A DNA stretch of 64,000 nucleotides from the human T2T-CHM13v2.0 reference genome, Homo sapiens. Under the pieces are notes generated by a model. That model worked only from the letters and a program-made list of their open reading frames with translations. It made no database searches and was not told the origin of the DNA. Positions 56,375 to 64,000 of the stretch are shown here, piece after piece. The stretch lies in assembly GCF_009914755.1 (NCBI RefSeq), contig NC_060930.1. One strand, written 5' to 3'. The stretch's first letter is position 1; the number at the start of each line of letters is the position of its first letter. The translations under genes and the position numbers were made by a program.

Positions 56375-57010
56375 TGTTCCTGGACCAAACTGAGGGTCGG
56401 GCTGCTATTTTTCGCAGCCCAATAACAAGATGCAGATGAACTGGGGAGGAAGAGAGTTTTTATTTCTGTGACCGATTACAGGGAGAAGGCCTGGAAATTA
56501 TCATCAGACCAACTCAAAATTACAAAGTTTCCCAGAGCTGATATACCTTCTAAGCTATATGTCTACATGTAAGTATGCATTCATCTAAAGACATACGTGA
56601 TTAACTTATTGTAATCTATAACTAAGGTCTGAGTCCTGAAGACCTTTCTCTGGAGCCTCAGTAAATTTACTTAATCTAAATGGGTCCAGGTGCTGGGGTG
56701 ATTACCCTTATCTTGCCTCCTGCTAAATCACAGAGGTTTGAGGAGTTCCTTCAGATCCCCAATAAACTTGTTTGTGGAGGCCTGGGGAGTTTCTTCAGAC
56801 CCACAATAAAACTTGTTTAACCCTAAATGGGTCCTAGTAAGAATTCCTTCATTATTTGGTCATGCTTTAAGGCCCAGGAAAGGCCTACGCAAAACTCTTC
56901 ATGGGCGTTTGTTACATCCCAGCCTTTGTATAAGGGCGCTGGCTTTTAATATTTAACTTAACCACTCAGTCAGTGCTGAAACAGCTGTTAGTGAGGCCTG
57001 GCCTGCCACA
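56375..57010 (-). mobile_element. ERV1 solo LTR (LTR15-like)
   Basis: TG...CA termini (TGTGGCAGGCCAGG... on the minus strand); 4-bp TSD AGTG at 56371-56374 and 57011-57014. Confidence 0.88.
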
Positions 57011-57645
57011 AGTGTGAGGCAGTAGAACAGTGGCATTTCCTTTCTCTTTGTAGATGGGATAAAAGCTATGTGAAAATCCTATGTAATGTACCTCTGCCTG
57101 CCCTCACACATTCAAGCCACACCAGCTGGCTTTTTCTCACTCAGCATGTCAAGTGGCCTCTAGATGGGTTGGGCCTAAACAGACAGGAACATGGCCCCTG
57201 GCATGGAGCAGGCACTGGGGTGGGGACCCAGCTGGGGCCTGGGAGCAGTCCAATCTGGCTGGAAGAACATGTCCTCTACTCAGGGGAGGCTGGTCAGCAT
57301 TAGGGAAGTCCACCATGGAGTAACAATGAATGGAGTCACATGGTCACCAATAATTCAGAGGCGGTTGAAATCTGGAAATCCACCAAGAGCTAGACTTTCT
57401 TCATCTGGAAAGGCATTGAATTAGGCCCTATGCCTGCTTCTGAGTCTTCTTGAAACTAAGTAAAAGGGCAAAAAGCTGATTTGCACAAGATTCATTTTCT
57501 GCTCTAATAAGCATAGAAAATTATGTTAGATAAATGTTTAATGAGACTGAAAGTCAAGGAAGAATATGTCACAGGGGACTCTGATTAAGGAACATATAAG
57601 TAGCTTAATTGACTTTCTTTACTGATTTTTAAAAAATAAAAAAAG

Positions 57646-58279
<634 letters not shown>

Positions 58280-58356
58280 TTATACCTGTACACCTCAGGG
58301 CTTTCTCATGGGCAGCCAAGATTGAGAATCATTGTCTTAGAACTAGCATCTATCAA

Positions 58357-58632
58357 GCCGGGGATGGTGGCTCACACCTATAATCCCAGCACTTTAGGAG
58401 TCCAAGGTGGGTGGATCGCCTCAAATTCAGGGGCTCAAGATCAGCTTGGACAACATGGCAAAACACCTCTCTACAAAAAATGCAATTAGCCAAGCATGGT
58501 AGGTCTCAGCTATTCAGGAGGCTGAAGTAGGAGGACGGCTTGAGCCTGGGAGGTTGAGGTTGCAGTGAGCTGAGATTGTACTACTACACTCTAGCCTGGG
58601 TGACAGAGTGAGACCCTATTAAAAAAAAAAAA
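58357..58632 (+). mobile_element. AluJ
   Basis: TSD CTAG(C/T)ATCTATCAA on both sides. Confidence 0.94.
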
Positions 58633-58748
58633 ATTTAAAAACCTAGTATCTATCAAATACTTATTTGAAACAACATGAACAATATGATCACTTTGATCTG
58701 TACATTTATCCTTCTGTATGTATATAAGCATTAAAATGTCTGATTATG

Positions 58749-59054
<306 letters not shown>

Positions 59055-59174
59055 TTATGATTATTGTTTCTGAGTGATGGCATTATGGGTAATTTTTTAT
59101 ACTGAATTTTGTACTTTTCTGTATTACCAGAATTTTTTAATGAGAATGTTTTAATGAAATGAATGGTCATTTTA

Positions 59175-59800
59175 AAAGAAGCCTTCTCTGTCTTATCCAA
59201 AAATGTCTACCCATCCTACCCCATTACTCTCTATTTTTATGTGCTATTGGGTTTTTTATATAGCCCTTGCCACAATTTTTAGTTATATATTTATCTATTC
59301 ATTTGTTTGCTTGTTTATTTTCTGTCTTTGCCTCTTGACTATATAAACTCATGAAGGGGAGGACTATATTATTTTATTCACCAACGTATATCCAATACCT
59401 ACCACAGTGCCTGGCACAGAGCAGATACTCCAAAATATTTGTTGCTTAATGAATAGGTGGACAAATTAATATGTGTTATAATAGAAGGAAGTTCAACAAA
59501 CATTGGGGAAAAAAGGAGAGAGTGAATAATTCTGTTAGAAGAAATCCAAGAAGGCATCACAAAGAAGGAGACACATGAACTGAGTCTTGAACAGTTAATA
59601 GATTTCCCCATGCAGTGAAGAGGGAGAGCTTTGTAGGCAATGAGAACATCCAGTCCAGAGGTGCAGGAGATATGAAGGCATACACGTGTTTATGAGACAA
59701 AAGTTGGGTGTGGCCAGAAGGTAGACAGAGTGATATGTGTACATGAGGCTGCAGAGATAGGTTGGAGCCAATTGCGTAGAGCCTTGTGATTTGGCAAACA
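59175..59800. mobile_element. L2 fragments in both orientations
   Basis: + strand 3' end ACAGTGCCTGGCACAGAGCAGATACTCCAAAATATTTGTTG; antisense GAACTGAGTCTTGAA segment. Confidence 0.7.
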
Positions 59801-59869
59801 AATGGTTCAGTAATGTTCATAAAAGGACTCAATACAGCAGAGTAAGGAATTCAGAAATCAGATTAAAAG

Positions 59870-61071
<1,202 letters not shown>

Positions 61072-61299
61072 TTAAAAATAAATGTGATTATATATACTTA
61101 AGGCATACAACATAATGTTATGGGATACATATAGATAGTAAAATGGTTACTATGTAAGCGCATATAAATATTTTTATGTTCACTAATGTGAAACAATAAA
61201 GACAGCAAGCCAAATGAAGATAATGTTAATGGCATTTCACACATCTTAAATTAGTAATAACAGGTTACTATATAATTAATTCCATTTCCATCCTTTGCT

Positions 61300-64000
61300 T
61301 GCTAAACGTTTTTCAGGATCTCCCTTTCCTGAATATTCATTAGATGCTTTACTGTGTGCCTTGCTTTATTGCAGATGGCAACCAAACACAAAGAAGTTTT
61401 CTGAGTTTTTTTATTTTTGTTTTGCTGGAGTTTTTTTGTATATCTATATCTAGTCCCCTAGCCAACTGTTTTTAAACCTTTTATGTCCTAGCACAGAGAA
61501 AAAAGTAGGATGAACTAGAAGGTGTTTGTGGATGTCCATATGGGGCTTGGTTAAAAAAAATACAGTTGTGAGAAAAATACAGGGTATCAAATTTGAATGA
61601 AACCCAGATACAATATTTTCAGATATTTCAATTTGAAATTTGAGCTTACATATTTAACCTAAATGTTTTTCCTTTCCTTGCATTGACAAATGTATTATTG
61701 AAATTCTTATAATAATCTGAAGGAATTTTGGAATTTAGGTTTAGCTTATCAAATATTTCTTGCCAAGTGCACAAGTATTACAGCTGCCACCCCACAGGTA
61801 GTTGGATGTCACTAAAAGGGCACATCAGGAGCAAATGAACAGAAAGATCCCATAAGCATGAAGACAAATGTGCCCAGTCAGCTGGACCCATTCGGCCTAG
61901 CATCGCTCCCAGCCTCACCCACTGACTCTTCCAGAAGCTCCATGGACCACTTGTCCACAAGGGGCAGCAGTGAGTTCTGCAGCGGACTGAAGAAATCCAT
62001 AGCTGGCAGTGAGGGAGGGCTTCTCTTTGGCCACGCTCAGTTTCACACGCTGTGGCCAGCACTTGTGTCTTCAGCTTCAGGAATAACAGAGCCTACCCCA
62101 GAGCTCTCAGAGCCCACCCTGCCCATGTAAACAGCGAATGCATCTCTGATGTTATCACTGTCTTCCATATCAGAGTGTGTCGCACAGAAACATAGTCACT
62201 AGAATAACTGTGGTGGTAACCATAATTTAATTTAGATGGTAAATTATCTCCCTAAAACCCAAGGTTAAGACTTTAGTTCCTCCAACCATAATTTCAACCC
62301 AAGCGCCTGCCAGCAACCCTTTATACACACAGCCTGTCCCACTTCTCCATCTTCACAAAGATGTGGTACATTTCTAGGTTACGCCCGGGTTTTCTTTCTT
62401 CCTCTTCCTTTATCCCTCTGAAGCCATCTTGGGCAAACCATTACTTCTGCCCCGGAGTTCATCTCCATTTCCTAGGCCTAGTCCTAATGCTGGCCTTGTC
62501 CAGTTATCCTCAACATGAGTTGCAACTGGGAAAAAGGTATACAGAAGTAAATTTGCACGTACTGAAATTCTACTTGCTGTCAACTTAACTAAGAATCAAT
62601 TACTGTTCACAGACAATTTACAGCAAAATAAGTGACTATAATTCAAACACACTTTCTGATCAATAGCATTTGGAGAAAACTGATACAGTTTTAGTGCTTT
62701 TACTTTACTATTCTACTTTCTGCTAACATCCCATTAACGGAAATGGTTTTTAAACAATAGAATGTCTTTGTTGAACACTCTCTTACAAATTTTCGATAAT
62801 GTGCCCAGCTTCTGGCTGCTTCTTCAGAGACTCCTCTCCTGACCCTCCTTCCCTCCTTTTTCCCAAAGCCTCAGCTTTCAAGTCCTAGAGATGAGTGAGC
62901 CCTGGGAGTCACATTCAATAGAAAAGTATATACTTTTCAGAGCATATGCTTTTCTGGAGTTCGGAAGGGAAATTCATTTTTAAAATCCAATAGTTATTTT
63001 CTTTTTCTGTCTCTCATTTTGAAGTTTGATGCAATAATTAACTTCTGTCTTTGTTCTGAGGGAACTCAGATCCAGCTTCAGTTCCTTGTGAAAACACCGT
63101 TTAAAATTTGCAATTCCTCATGCTACCCAGTTTTGAATAGAAGAATATGGATATCCTAGTCGTCTTCCACAACACAGAAATCTCTTCATGTTTCTCCTCC
63201 TGAGGGATAGGATAGCTTTGAGATATGAATTAAGTTTCGAAAGAAAATAACTGAAGAAGTCGTTGAGTAAAGGAAGAAGAGCTATAAGGGTGAAGCTGAA
63301 GCCCAAGCTTCCAGACAAAGCATTAGTAGACAATTCACAGACCAAATATCAGATCTTTTAATAGAATGGGTTTTCAACCTGGGCAAATCTCAAGGAGAGT
63401 TTTCTGTTAGTGTCCATGGGGAAATAGTTCTTTGTAGATAAAGTGAAAACGTCATAGATTTGGAAGGAAGTTGGAATTAGAAAGAAGCAGCTCAGAAATG
63501 GAGATGCTCACTTTTCCTATACACATTCTTTGTTCCTATACAACCAAAGCTTTGTACTTCTGTTTATCCAATTGTCAAATGAAGATGGTGCCACATGTTC
63601 CAACTCTCAGTCTGGAAGGGGCTAAGTGAAAAACATGGATGCATTAGACATGGGAAGTTCTAAGAAAGTAGAAGAGCTGTATTAATGTCAGGCAGTTTGA
63701 TGTTGTTTAACTTTTTGTCAAGTAAGTCAACCTCTCTGGTCTTATTGACGTTTGTGGTCCTAGCCAATTTCCTCATGTCAGCTTCATGGTCATTTGCATG
63801 TGTATTTTTTGGTTTTACCTTCCTGTCCTTTGCCAGATTCTGGATGTCCCTTCTACTTTTTCCATGCATAATAAAACCAAACAAAACTGTATTTGGACCA
63901 ATATTTTATCCAGGATCCCCCACCCCAAGCAGTATTAGGGTAAAAATACATCAACATTTGGAATCTTAGATGTCAAGATTCTCACCAATTTAGGCCATTA
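61300..64000 (-). pseudogene. Possible decayed processed pseudogene, parent not recognised, runs off the window edge
   Basis: 2.7 kb without recognisable repeats; broken protein-like frames ending ...ELLEESVGEAGSDARPNGSS* near 61878, followed by UTR-like sequence with AATAAA. Confidence 0.3.

Noticed and set aside
63118-63345. Resemblance of minus-strand frames to GPCR tail, PAP-associated or kinase DIWS motifs
   Set aside because: Motifs fall in different frames without supporting neighbours; not enough to name a family

Overview
AT-rich primate (human-like) nuclear DNA dominated by interspersed repeats. These include about 22 Alus, a 5.1-kb 5'-intact but 3'-truncated L1PA, old L1M/L2/L3/MIR fragments, MaLR and ERV1 LTRs, and hAT/Tigger DNA-transposon relics. 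No intact protein-coding gene could be recognised, and almost all ORF-track entries are repeat-derived or random. Identifiable non-repeat items are two minus-strand processed retrocopies about 600 bp apart, each flanked by target-site duplications (TSDs): a near full-length copy of the micropeptide gene SMIM30 (LINC00998) and a 5'-truncated RPL21. More speculative observations are a chain of short minus-strand exon-like segments (some separated by 69-78 nt intron-like spacers) that can be spliced into one reading frame, an uninterrupted extended ORF0 in the L1 5'UTR, a truncated LTR12 ending in a G-run expansion, and a repeat-free, possibly pseudogenic 2.7-kb block at the right edge. All repeat family and subfamily calls come from recall of consensus sequences, not from a search, and many boundaries are approximate.
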